A stretch of 53,306 bases of DNA from Thermoplasmatota archaeon (GTDB lineage Archaea > Thermoplasmatota > Poseidoniia > Poseidoniales > Thalassarchaeaceae), in contig JAZADD010000012.1 of assembly GCA_036124005.1 (NCBI GenBank), positions 1-53,306 of the forward strand, in the 5' to 3' direction. The notes under the pieces were generated by a model. That model was given only the letters and a program-made list of their open reading frames with translations, had not been told where the DNA came from and made no database searches. Shown piece after piece: positions 1-8,693 of the stretch. Within the stretch, counting starts at the first letter, position 1, and every line of letters begins with the position of its first letter. Both the position numbers and the translations under genes were made by a program.

Positions 1-605
1 GCATCCATTTGACGACGTAAAGCATGAGCGAATTGAAGTGATTTTTCTGTGGTAAAACGGGCAGGCGGTCCAGCATTTGTATCGACATTATTTTTTGCAT
101 CAACTGCAATTTTAATTGTCACAATAGGTCGCCTATGGTGACACCATCGCATGAAAGCCTGCATTTGTAGTTCTGCTTCTTTTTCTAGCATGCCATAATG
201 GACCTCAATACCCGCTTCTTTGAGAGCGCCAATACCGTGGCCACGGACATTAGGATTTGGATCCTTAGCAGCGATGATTACTGAATCGATTCCCGCCCAT
301 AGTAGAGCTTGTGTGCAGGGGGGCGTTCGTCCAAAGTGATTGCATGGCTCTAGTGTTACGTATGCAGTTGCTCCCTCTGTTGGCTCCCCACGTTCTTCGG
401 CATCCGCAATTGCAGCTTGTTCAGCGTGCAGGTTACCAATACGATCGTGCCAACCTTCTGCTATGATACGACCATCTCGAACAAGAACGCAACCCACTGG
501 CGGATTCGGAGAAACGCGCGCTAGGCCACGTTCTGCAATCTCGATGGCTCTTGCCATGAATCGCACATCCGGCTCCATGTTGGTTGGGGGGGCTGCATCT
601 ATCAT
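1..605 (-). CDS. ribD: Bifunctional riboflavin biosynthesis deaminase/reductase RibD (5' part; runs off the window start)
   Basis: Not in the ORF track. Manual minus-strand translation from ATG 605 gives MIDAAPPTNMEPDVRFMARAIEIAERGLARVSPNPPVGCVLV...HAEQ...TLEPCNHFGRTPPC (Zn deaminase motifs), then RPIVTIKIA (start of the reductase domain). Confidence 0.92.
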   Translation of the reverse strand, partial: MIDAAPPTNMEPDVRFMARAIEIAERGLARVSPNPPVGCVLVRDGRIIAEGWHDRIGNLHAEQAAIADAEERGEPTEGATAYVTLEPCNHFGRTPPCTQALLWAGIDSVIIAAKDPNPNVRGHGIGALKEAGIEVHYGMLEKEAELQMQAFMRWCHHRRPIVTIKIAVDAKNNVDTNAGPPARFTTEKSLQFAHALRRQMD

Positions 606-784
606 GATGGCTTCGCTTTAATCATCAAGCGGTTTAGGATAGAGTTCATGTTGTGAACCCCCTCTCTCAATTCATGGACACTTCCGTTGAACGATTGGTC
701 TTCGAAGCAGATACCTCATCTAAGAAGCGTAGTGGTGTTCATCGCCCAATCTTTGCTCCCTTTTTCACTCAGCCCGCAATTGAC

Positions 785-1711
785 GTGCCTAAGCCTTCCA
801 AAGTACATCTTCTTGTTAATCCATATTCAGGCCGGAAGAAAGGCATCTTGGTTGGCCAAGAGGCAGAACGCCTCCTGATTGAGGCCGGAGTAATCGTTGA
901 AACCCATCATTCAGAATATGCAGGTCATTTCGTTGAAATTGCATCCTCTCTCAATCTTAGCGATGGAGATTGTATTGCCGTAGTTGGCGGAGATGGTACC
1001 TTATCTGAGTCGATTACTGGTCGGATGAGGGCTGAGCCGACAGGAAATCCAATTTTCGCAGTTATACCCGCTGGAACCGGAAATTCCCAAGGAACGGAAC
1101 TAGAAATTTCAGGAGTGGATGATGCAGTATCTCGAATTCTTCGGGGTCGTACTCAAGCAATTGATCTTGCCGAAGTAAATCTTCGTTCAGGGAATCGTAA
1201 GGATCCGGGGCCGGAGATGACCTGGTATAGTCACAATCTTGTGACTTGGGGATTAGGGGTAGACTCGGTTGTTCTAGCAGAGAAGTTACGTTGGATGGGA
1301 CCAATACGTTACGACGTCGGTATTGTCATGATGATGCTTGTCAATCGTCGCCGTCGAGCTACATTGATTCTTGATGGGCATTCAATGGAGGGAGACTATA
1401 CCCTTTTCCTAATCCAGAATACACAACTTGGAGGCTCTGGCTTGAAACTTGGCCCAGGAGCATCAATTGATGATGGTGAGATGGATCTCGGTATACTGCA
1501 GAGAATGAGCCGCCCATCGTTACTCAAGGCATTTGGTATGCTCCAGAAGGAGGGGAGACATGTCTTTCATCCCAGCGTCGTATATCATCGATTCAAGCAT
1601 CTTCGTATCGAGACGGATCAACCCATGGCAATCAACATCGATGGGGAACTCATTGGATGCACACCATTAGAGATGCAGGTAATACCACAGGCAATCCGTC
1701 TAATCGTCTAA
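785..1711 (+). CDS. Diacylglycerol/lipid kinase family protein (YegS/BmrU-like)
   Basis: NPYSG, VVGGDGT, IPAGTGN and IDGE motifs. ORF opens at 653; the in-frame GTG at 785 is the more likely start. Confidence 0.88.
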   Translation: MPKPSKVHLLVNPYSGRKKGILVGQEAERLLIEAGVIVETHHSEYAGHFVEIASSLNLSDGDCIAVVGGDGTLSESITGRMRAEPTGNPIFAVIPAGTGNSQGTELEISGVDDAVSRILRGRTQAIDLAEVNLRSGNRKDPGPEMTWYSHNLVTWGLGVDSVVLAEKLRWMGPIRYDVGIVMMMLVNRRRRATLILDGHSMEGDYTLFLIQNTQLGGSGLKLGPGASIDDGEMDLGILQRMSRPSLLKAFGMLQKEGRHVFHPSVVYHRFKHLRIETDQPMAINIDGELIGCTPLEMQVIPQAIRLIV

Positions 1712-3220
1712 TTAGAAACTGAAATCTGAGAATTCATCATCATCCGAGATACTCGGCCCATCGCGGGTATCGATTTTCGGCTCCGGCTCAGGTTCTGGCT
1801 CTGGGATATCCTCTTTCGGAGTACGAACGGCTCGCTTACGCTTGACAGGCGGGCCTCTACTCACAGGTTCAGGATCAGATTCGGTTACTGCCTCTTCAGA
1901 GGCAATTGAACTCGACATAGTTCTTCGACTCCCCGGGCCTCCTCCAGTCACTCCTCCTCCTTTTCTTCGCCCACTAGGTCCAGAAGAAGGTGAACTAGAT
2001 TCTGCCATTGCGGCCTCCATTACTTCACGTAATTTGTCATCCATCTCAACAGATGCTTCGGTCTGAATTACTCCTGCATTTGGATTATGTGAGACAGAAT
2101 CCAGTGCTTCCATAACAGCCCCTGCCCCTTCTAGAGTTGCAGAGACATCGAACTCTTTGATCTCGACTTTCTTCACACTAGTATCATCGACAACACCTAT
2201 GGATTCGGATTTCTTCCTGTCTTGGTTGATACTTTCAACTTCTTTCTTGTGCTTCTTGAGTTCTTTTACAACTCCTCCAGCGGCTTTGATTTGCTTCTCA
2301 GACATTAGCATCGCTGCTTGTTTCGATGCTGCTGTGCGAATCTGGATTGAGGCGTAGGTAAATGTCCCGAAGGCACCTGCACCACCTCCGATAAGGACAA
2401 TCATCAGATAAAGCGGACCTCCGATAACGGGCATACTACCCATAGAGTATGACTCGGATTCAGATGCAGTAACGCCTCCAATTTCGATGGTTGTGATTAC
2501 CATGTGGGCAGCAAAACGCGTATTTGAACTCAATTCACAGTTCTGTACGGATGTCTCCCAAGAAGGAATATTCCTGAGACCTCCATCAGACCCGTGTAAT
2601 ATGTATCCCTCTAAGGCAATTGGCCGATTCCATTCTTGTAGACCAGCCATGCCATCGAGCACATTTTCATTCGCTGGAATGATACCAATTAGCGCCCAAC
2701 CACGCTTTTGCTCTACGGATTCGTAGTCCTGTCCAAATTGAGCTTCAGCGTAGAGGGGGGTAGCCCATCGTTTGTCTTGGATTCCAGGAACTTCCGTTGC
2801 AGGATTTCTATCGATACCCTTGATGTCTTCAGCATCTTCGATTGGCATCACATCGACGATTATTGCTTCAATGGACGGGCCATCATCATCAGGAAAACTC
2901 TTCGACGTTGCAAGCCATCCTTCGATTCTGATTGGATCTCCACCATGGTCTGCTGCAGTTACATCTCGTGATTTCGCAGGAATAGTTCCATTTTCATTGG
3001 TGTTGCAACCAATAATTGGAGCCTCAACAGCAACGATGTCATTATTTGAGTCACTAGAAAGGCGTTTGTGAATAGTCACACTGGTATCATCATCAGACAT
3101 CTCTACTGAGACCATTCCTTGTCCGGTGCCCCATTCCGCAGGTACTGCAGATAGACATCCAACGAGTGCCAAAGAGAGCATAAGCGCGATGAGGGGAGGT
3201 CCCGATTTGCGCACGCCCAT
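1712..3220 (-). CDS. Hypothetical membrane lipoprotein with internal TM helix and acidic low-complexity C-terminal tail
   Basis: 502-aa ORF; lipobox-like LALVGC; hydrophobic GGPLYLMIVLIGGG segment; charged tail. Confidence 0.75.
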   Translation of the reverse strand: MGVRKSGPPLIALMLSLALVGCLSAVPAEWGTGQGMVSVEMSDDDTSVTIHKRLSSDSNNDIVAVEAPIIGCNTNENGTIPAKSRDVTAADHGGDPIRIEGWLATSKSFPDDDGPSIEAIIVDVMPIEDAEDIKGIDRNPATEVPGIQDKRWATPLYAEAQFGQDYESVEQKRGWALIGIIPANENVLDGMAGLQEWNRPIALEGYILHGSDGGLRNIPSWETSVQNCELSSNTRFAAHMVITTIEIGGVTASESESYSMGSMPVIGGPLYLMIVLIGGGAGAFGTFTYASIQIRTAASKQAAMLMSEKQIKAAGGVVKELKKHKKEVESINQDRKKSESIGVVDDTSVKKVEIKEFDVSATLEGAGAVMEALDSVSHNPNAGVIQTEASVEMDDKLREVMEAAMAESSSPSSGPSGRRKGGGVTGGGPGSRRTMSSSIASEEAVTESDPEPVSRGPPVKRKRAVRTPKEDIPEPEPEPEPKIDTRDGPSISDDDEFSDFSF

Positions 3221-3270
3221 GGTTACGGAGCAACCTCAGCGTTGAATAGATTTCCCGAGTTGAAGGGAGG

Positions 3271-3353
3271 CGCTGACGGAGAGATTCGAACTCCCGAGTC
3301 CAAGGGACACCGGATTTCAAATCCGGCGCAATACCAGGCTATGCGACGTCAGC
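3271..3353 (-). tRNA. tRNA-Ser(TGA)
   Basis: Reverse complement GCTGACG...CCGGA-TTTGAAA-TCCGG, long variable arm, GTTCGAATC T-loop, CGTCAGC-G acceptor end; CCA not encoded. Confidence 0.96.
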
Positions 3354-3397
3354 TACATGTGCTCGAAGCGTAAGGTGGATTTCACGCTTTGTGCATT

Positions 3398-3727
3398 TCA
3401 GATCCAATATCCAGGCCGACACCATGCGGGAAGTTCCGTGGCGGCTCCTGGGCTAGTGAGGCCGATGAAGAAGACCATGACGATGATGAAGAATGCAGGG
3501 AAGAGAGCAGTCATTGTTAGAATCTTAGAATCTGCATCACCATAGAGGTGCATGAAAATCGCTGCAATCATGATGAATTTCGGAATGGCAATTCCGACAA
3601 GAATACTCATCGTGATAGTATCGCCCAATTCTACACCGACAGCAGCCACTTCAATTGCAGTGAGTATCATCAAGCCCCAGAAATTCATCCAGTAGGGATC
3701 TTTTCCGAAAATTGTGTAGTGTGCCAT
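3398..3727 (-). CDS. coxD: Cytochrome c oxidase subunit IV family protein
   Basis: Three hydrophobic helices with LTAIEV, KFIMIAAIFMHL; last gene of the cox operon. GAGGTGA SD overlaps the coxC stop; alternative start 3736. Confidence 0.85.
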   Translation of the reverse strand: MAHYTIFGKDPYWMNFWGLMILTAIEVAAVGVELGDTITMSILVGIAIPKFIMIAAIFMHLYGDADSKILTMTALFPAFFIIVMVFFIGLTSPGAATELPAWCRPGYWI

Positions 3728-3740
3728 ATTTTTCATCACC

Positions 3741-4892
3741 TCAGAACAGATAGAAGAATGGGAAGACGAGCACCCATACCAGATCAACGAAGTGCCAGTA
3801 TAGTCCGAAGTATTCAATTGAAACAGCATTCTTTGGACCATAGCCTCCACGAAGTCCCTTGAAAGTCATGTATGCAAGTCCAATCATCCCCGCGAGAACG
3901 TGGACTCCGTGAGTACCCGTAGTTACGAAGAAGGTCGAAGCACCTACTCGAATATCTGCCATCATTACACCACCCGGGTGTGTTCCTGCAGCCATCATCA
4001 AACCAAGTTCACTATCTTCTGGAATATCTGCGTATTTTGATCCAGTATCGAATGCTTTGTGCTGATATGTGTCTGCATTAATCGTGTAACCCTCAGCGTA
4101 AAGAGAAGCGATTTCGGAGTACCCGTGGTTTAACTCTGTAAGTGGTCCTGGAGTTGGGAAACCAATGAACCATTCAATCATCTTCAGTGTTAGGAAGAGT
4201 GTTGCTAGGAACAAGGTCGCGCCTAGGAACATAGCTACTTTGCGACTTCGATGTGTCTGAACACTTTCCATGTCAACTTCATACTTCTCTGCATACTTTT
4301 TGTCACTCATCTTGGCAGTCTTGAGTGCTAGAACAATGGTGAATGATGAGATAATTAGAGCAAACGTGTTCACTGCTCCTGGTGCGAGATGGAACCAACT
4401 ACTTGCAATTAGGTGTGCTGCGGGCTCAAAGCAGACTACAGATGTACCTTCGATCCATTCTCCAGAGAGGAAGACCTCCTTGCAGTTTGGTATGCCTAGA
4501 CGATAGCGGATATAGGTGCTGAAAAGACTTGTGAAAACCATCATCTCAGACATCAAGAAGATCCACATTGATACTTTGCGAATGTCGATATTGCGGAAAG
4601 GAGCTCCAGTTGCCTTTGGCTCGTAAATCCCATCTGCGGACATATCCTGACGCCACCAAACAAGCAGCCCCATTGTGATGATGATAAGGCCCAACATCAC
4701 ACCACTGAGTGCGCCCAGATCAGCGACCTCTCCACCTACGAAGACATTGGCGAATCCGTATAGGAACATGGCGAATCCTGCACTCATGATCAGTGGTGCA
4801 AACGAGTTGTGCGGTGCACCATGGCTCCAATCATGAGGGCCCCACGGAGAAGCATGGTGGTCATGGTGGTCATGTCCGTAATCTGCGCTCAA
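3741..4892 (-). CDS. coxC: Heme-copper oxidase subunit III
   Basis: WIFLMSEMMVF, TGTHGVHV and GLYWHFVDLVW motifs. Probable TTG start at 4892 after GGAGGTGA, overlapping the coxA stop. Confidence 0.93.
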   Translation of the reverse strand: MSADYGHDHHDHHASPWGPHDWSHGAPHNSFAPLIMSAGFAMFLYGFANVFVGGEVADLGALSGVMLGLIIITMGLLVWWRQDMSADGIYEPKATGAPFRNIDIRKVSMWIFLMSEMMVFTSLFSTYIRYRLGIPNCKEVFLSGEWIEGTSVVCFEPAAHLIASSWFHLAPGAVNTFALIISSFTIVLALKTAKMSDKKYAEKYEVDMESVQTHRSRKVAMFLGATLFLATLFLTLKMIEWFIGFPTPGPLTELNHGYSEIASLYAEGYTINADTYQHKAFDTGSKYADIPEDSELGLMMAAGTHPGGVMMADIRVGASTFFVTTGTHGVHVLAGMIGLAYMTFKGLRGGYGPKNAVSIEYFGLYWHFVDLVWVLVFPFFYLF

Positions 4893-7216
4893 TGGCTCAC
4901 CTCCGAGTCGTCTTCCGGCATCATTAGGCTCTCGAACCATTGTCCGAGACGTGATGGTTCAGATGCAATATGCTCGTTTGCATCTCGAAGAACTGGTGGG
5001 TTATGCGGGTCGAATGAAGGTGTAGGAGGTGGTGAGGCACACATCCATTCAAAGGACCACCCACCCCATGGGTCAGCTGGTGCCTTTTTACCAGAAACCA
5101 CCGTTTTGATCATGTTACCAACAAGAATGAGGTTTGAGAAGAAGAAGAGGAATGCACAAACGCTGATGAACAGATTCCAATCTGCCATTTCTGCAGGGAT
5201 ATTTGCGTAATCATCTGTTGTGATGAACCAAGTGTGATGTCGTCGAGCCATTCCGAGTACCCCAAGTTTGTGCATCGGCCAAAAGATACCATTGAACGAG
5301 ATGAAAGCAGTAAGGAAGTGAAGTAGCCCCCATCTTTCATCCATCATTCGTCCAGACATCTTAGGGAACCAATAGTATACTCCACAAAAGACGCCGAATA
5401 CGGTTCCGCCTACGAATACGTAATGGAAGTGTGCAACGACGAAATATGTCTCATGTAGATGAGTATCCATCGCCATTGAAGGGAAGAACATCCCCGAGAT
5501 TCCACCTAGGGTGAACGTTACGAGGAATCCGAGTGCCCAGAGTGTATGGGTTCGATAGACAAGGGATCCTTTGTGCATCGTCTTGAGCCAGTTGAATATC
5601 TTGATTCCAGTTGGCACAGCGACAAGCATTGTTGTGAGCATCGTCACGAAACGGAGAGTGGGAGACATTCCGGAGGTAAACATGTGGTGACCATATACGA
5701 TGAAAGCAACAATTCCGATACCTGCCATTGCATAGACCATTGATCGATATCCAAAGACAGAGCGTCGGGCTGAGGTAGCAAGAACTTCGGAAATTACACC
5801 GAAAGCAGGAACAATTACCACGTACACTTCAGGGTGGCCGAAGTACCAGAATAGGTGACTCCACAGGAGTGGGTCGCCACCGGATGCTACATGATAGAAT
5901 GCGGTGCCGATGGTTCGATCTAGATAGACCTGAATCAGTCCGACACCCCAAGCAGGAATAGATAGGAAAAGCATCAGATTAGCTATGAAAATAGACCATG
6001 TGAATAACGGCATTTGCATCCAACCCATACCCGGCGCTCTCATACCACAAATCGTGGCTAGGAAATTGATTCCAGTTAGTGTGGAAGACGCTACGAGCAT
6101 AATCTGTCCAGCTGCCCACAGTGTAGTTCCGGTATGTGCGGTTTCAGAGACGATGTAGGGTGCATATCCAGTCCATCCTACATCTGCAGCCTGTCCACTG
6201 AATACACCAGTGAAGATTAGTATGGCTGCGAATGGCTGTAGCCAGAAGGACATTGCGTTAATACGGGGGAGGGCGAGATCATGGGCTCCAATCTGTAGAG
6301 GAATAAGCCAATTAGCGAACCCGTTAATCAACGGCATCGCTGCTAGGAAAATCATAGTCGTCCCATGCATTGTGAAGAACATATTGTATTGATCTTGAGT
6401 GAGGAAATCATTACCTGGAACAGCAAGCTGAATTCGTATTAACAGTGCCATGATGCCCCCCACGCCTAGGAAGAAGAATCCAGCTAGGAAGTAGAGGGTT
6501 CCAATTTTCTTGTGGTCCGTGGATGTAAGCCATTCAACAATCCATGGTGCGAAACTCTCCCAGTTGAAACCGTCCGGACTGACACGATAGAATGTGTAGA
6601 GTATGACAGTAGCAAGTAGTATTCCGGATACGATAATGAGTGTAACTAATACTACGAATGGATCGGCAGATTGGAGTTCCTCAACGGCTGCACCTGTGGA
6701 CGGGCCTTGAACAGTCATCGACATCAAGTTCCACTTATCATCGGCACTTGCTCCTCCATCACCATTGACCGAATTGGTTGCGAGCGTGAATGTTGTAGAA
6801 CCACTTGCAGGAGAGGTCCAATCAACAGTCCATGAGGTCTGATCATTTCCTAGTTCAGTATGTCCGGCCTCGTTGCTACCCCAAATCTGCACATCGTCAC
6901 CAATGTTGGCGAGAGTTCCCGAATCCACTGCGAGGTTGAATCCTCCAAGGTTTTCAGGTGCAGCACTAGTGCCCGACGGCCCTCCAGTGAATGAAATAGT
7001 GAGTGTGTAGGTAGTACTTGCATTGAAACTTGCAGGCAACCCTTCAATTGATGGAGTGACGCCAGCATCAGGAACTGCTCCATGGCATGTACAGCCCTTT
7101 TCACTGAAGCCATTGATTCCAGTTGGTAAGGAATCAGCCTGGGGTGCCATACTGAGAGCTAAGCCGAGAACAGTCAGAAGAACGAGGGTTCGGATGAGGC
7201 CTTTCTGTTGCATCAT
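4889..7216 (-). CDS. coxA: Cytochrome c oxidase subunit I (A1 type) with fused N-terminal extracellular domain
   Basis: TDHKKIG (D-channel), TMHG, FGHPEVY, GHHMF, TGIKIF (K-channel), AHFHY; about 220 extra N-terminal aa. Confidence 0.96.
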   Translation of the reverse strand: MMQQKGLIRTLVLLTVLGLALSMAPQADSLPTGINGFSEKGCTCHGAVPDAGVTPSIEGLPASFNASTTYTLTISFTGGPSGTSAAPENLGGFNLAVDSGTLANIGDDVQIWGSNEAGHTELGNDQTSWTVDWTSPASGSTTFTLATNSVNGDGGASADDKWNLMSMTVQGPSTGAAVEELQSADPFVVLVTLIIVSGILLATVILYTFYRVSPDGFNWESFAPWIVEWLTSTDHKKIGTLYFLAGFFFLGVGGIMALLIRIQLAVPGNDFLTQDQYNMFFTMHGTTMIFLAAMPLINGFANWLIPLQIGAHDLALPRINAMSFWLQPFAAILIFTGVFSGQAADVGWTGYAPYIVSETAHTGTTLWAAGQIMLVASSTLTGINFLATICGMRAPGMGWMQMPLFTWSIFIANLMLFLSIPAWGVGLIQVYLDRTIGTAFYHVASGGDPLLWSHLFWYFGHPEVYVVIVPAFGVISEVLATSARRSVFGYRSMVYAMAGIGIVAFIVYGHHMFTSGMSPTLRFVTMLTTMLVAVPTGIKIFNWLKTMHKGSLVYRTHTLWALGFLVTFTLGGISGMFFPSMAMDTHLHETYFVVAHFHYVFVGGTVFGVFCGVYYWFPKMSGRMMDERWGLLHFLTAFISFNGIFWPMHKLGVLGMARRHHTWFITTDDYANIPAEMADWNLFISVCAFLFFFSNLILVGNMIKTVVSGKKAPADPWGGWSFEWMCASPPPTPSFDPHNPPVLRDANEHIASEPSRLGQWFESLMMPEDDSEVSH

Positions 7217-7229
7217 AATTCATCACCCC

Positions 7230-7958
7230 TTACTTGTGAACATTCACCACAGCAGCCATGTATGCGTGATCATCACCACAGTATTCTGTGCATAGAAGCA
7301 GAGTTGATTCACCTTCAACTCCACCACAATCTGCATCTTCACAGGTCGGAATAATCCATACTTGAGTATCAAGTCCTGGGACCGCATCTTCCTTCACACC
7401 GAATTCCACGAACCAAGGCGCATGGGTTACATCCATTGAAGTAAGATTTGCAAGGTAGAATTCACCTTCTTTTAGAGATAAAACAGGAACCATTGTCCCA
7501 TTCAAATCTTGATATTCAGATGCATCACAAAGTGAAGGACCTAGTTCACGACAATCGAAGGACCAGAACCATTGTTGGGCAGTGATATCGATAGTGTGGT
7601 AGCATTTGTTTGGATCGGCATCTACATTTGTGCAATCGAGACCATATTGACTGTCGGGGTCTGTAGGATCTGCCCAAACGTCAGATAGTGGACCCCATGA
7701 AATCCAAGTCAGGTAGACGATGAGTATGAATGGAATAATCGTCCAAGCCAATTCAAGAGAGATGTTGTCGTTGTGTTTTGGGAAGACACCTACTTCGATT
7801 CCATCGACATCTACCCAATCGTCGTTTTCATCCTTTGAGCGATAGGTCAGTGAGTGGTGTGCTAGCCAAATAAACGTGAAACCGCCAACTATTGCGGACC
7901 ACACTAAGTATTCGTTCCACAGACTGTCGAATGCGGCGCTCGCGATGCCCACTCCCAA
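7230..7958 (-). CDS. coxB: Cytochrome c oxidase subunit II (CuA)
   Basis: Two TM helices, ELAWT, QWFW, DVTH and CuA motif CTEYCGDDHAYM. Confidence 0.93.
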   Translation of the reverse strand: MGVGIASAAFDSLWNEYLVWSAIVGGFTFIWLAHHSLTYRSKDENDDWVDVDGIEVGVFPKHNDNISLELAWTIIPFILIVYLTWISWGPLSDVWADPTDPDSQYGLDCTNVDADPNKCYHTIDITAQQWFWSFDCRELGPSLCDASEYQDLNGTMVPVLSLKEGEFYLANLTSMDVTHAPWFVEFGVKEDAVPGLDTQVWIIPTCEDADCGGVEGESTLLLCTEYCGDDHAYMAAVVNVHK

Positions 7959-8232
7959 CCCTCATTCAAAGCGTCCGGACTCCCGTAGATAAGCATTCGT
8001 GGGTCTCTAACTAGTTCATACTCAAGAGCGGAAGTATAGTGGATAGTTGAGAAAGGAAAGAATCACCCTCACGAGAGCATTTCTATGCTTTGCATTCATG
8101 AACTACCTCGTGAAATTGTTTTTCCAAGGGGGCTTCGACCTTCGGCGTGCCGATAGGGACCGGATAGGTGAGAGAAGGAATTGAATGCCATCCAATTTTG
8201 ATCGTCGGAATCCCCTCGGGGAAGAGTCACTT

Positions 8233-8685
8233 ATGTCCACGGCCCGCGCTCTTGCTCGTGCGAGATTAAGGAATAGGAATCCCATCCAAGGTGGTTCTGG
8301 ATGTCCGATTATTGTCGAGGGTCGCAGAGATCTTGACACTCTTCGTGCCTTAGGTTTCAATGGCCCGATTGAATTGGTTAATCGAGGGTGGGGGCAGAGC
8401 AGATTGATTGCTCACTTCTATGATCAGTATGGGCGGAGGAATCCATTCGATGGGGGTGCATCTGTAATGTTGATGATGGATTGGGATCGGACAGGAGTAC
8501 GCCTTCATGAACGATTACGTGTTAGAATGAGGAGTCTCGATATGCGTGTTGATGATTCAACACGCAGAGTCCTAATGAGATCTATGGCTATGAAAGGGTC
8601 AACCGTTGAGGGATTGAAGACCCACGTGAACGAGTTAATTCCTTTAATCGATACAGTCGATCCTCCACCGGATTCAGGATTTTAA
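8233..8685 (+). CDS. Small stand-alone TOPRIM domain protein (RNase M5/UPF0292-like)
   Basis: IIVEGRRD and DWD..G TOPRIM acidic motifs; ORF opens at 8185, start uncertain. Confidence 0.8.
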   Translation: MSTARALARARLRNRNPIQGGSGCPIIVEGRRDLDTLRALGFNGPIELVNRGWGQSRLIAHFYDQYGRRNPFDGGASVMLMMDWDRTGVRLHERLRVRMRSLDMRVDDSTRRVLMRSMAMKGSTVEGLKTHVNELIPLIDTVDPPPDSGF

Positions 8686-8693
8686 CGGAGAAG

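Noticed and set aside
340-621. 93-aa plus-strand ORF
   Set aside because: Antisense shadow of ribD, which carries clear catalytic motifs.
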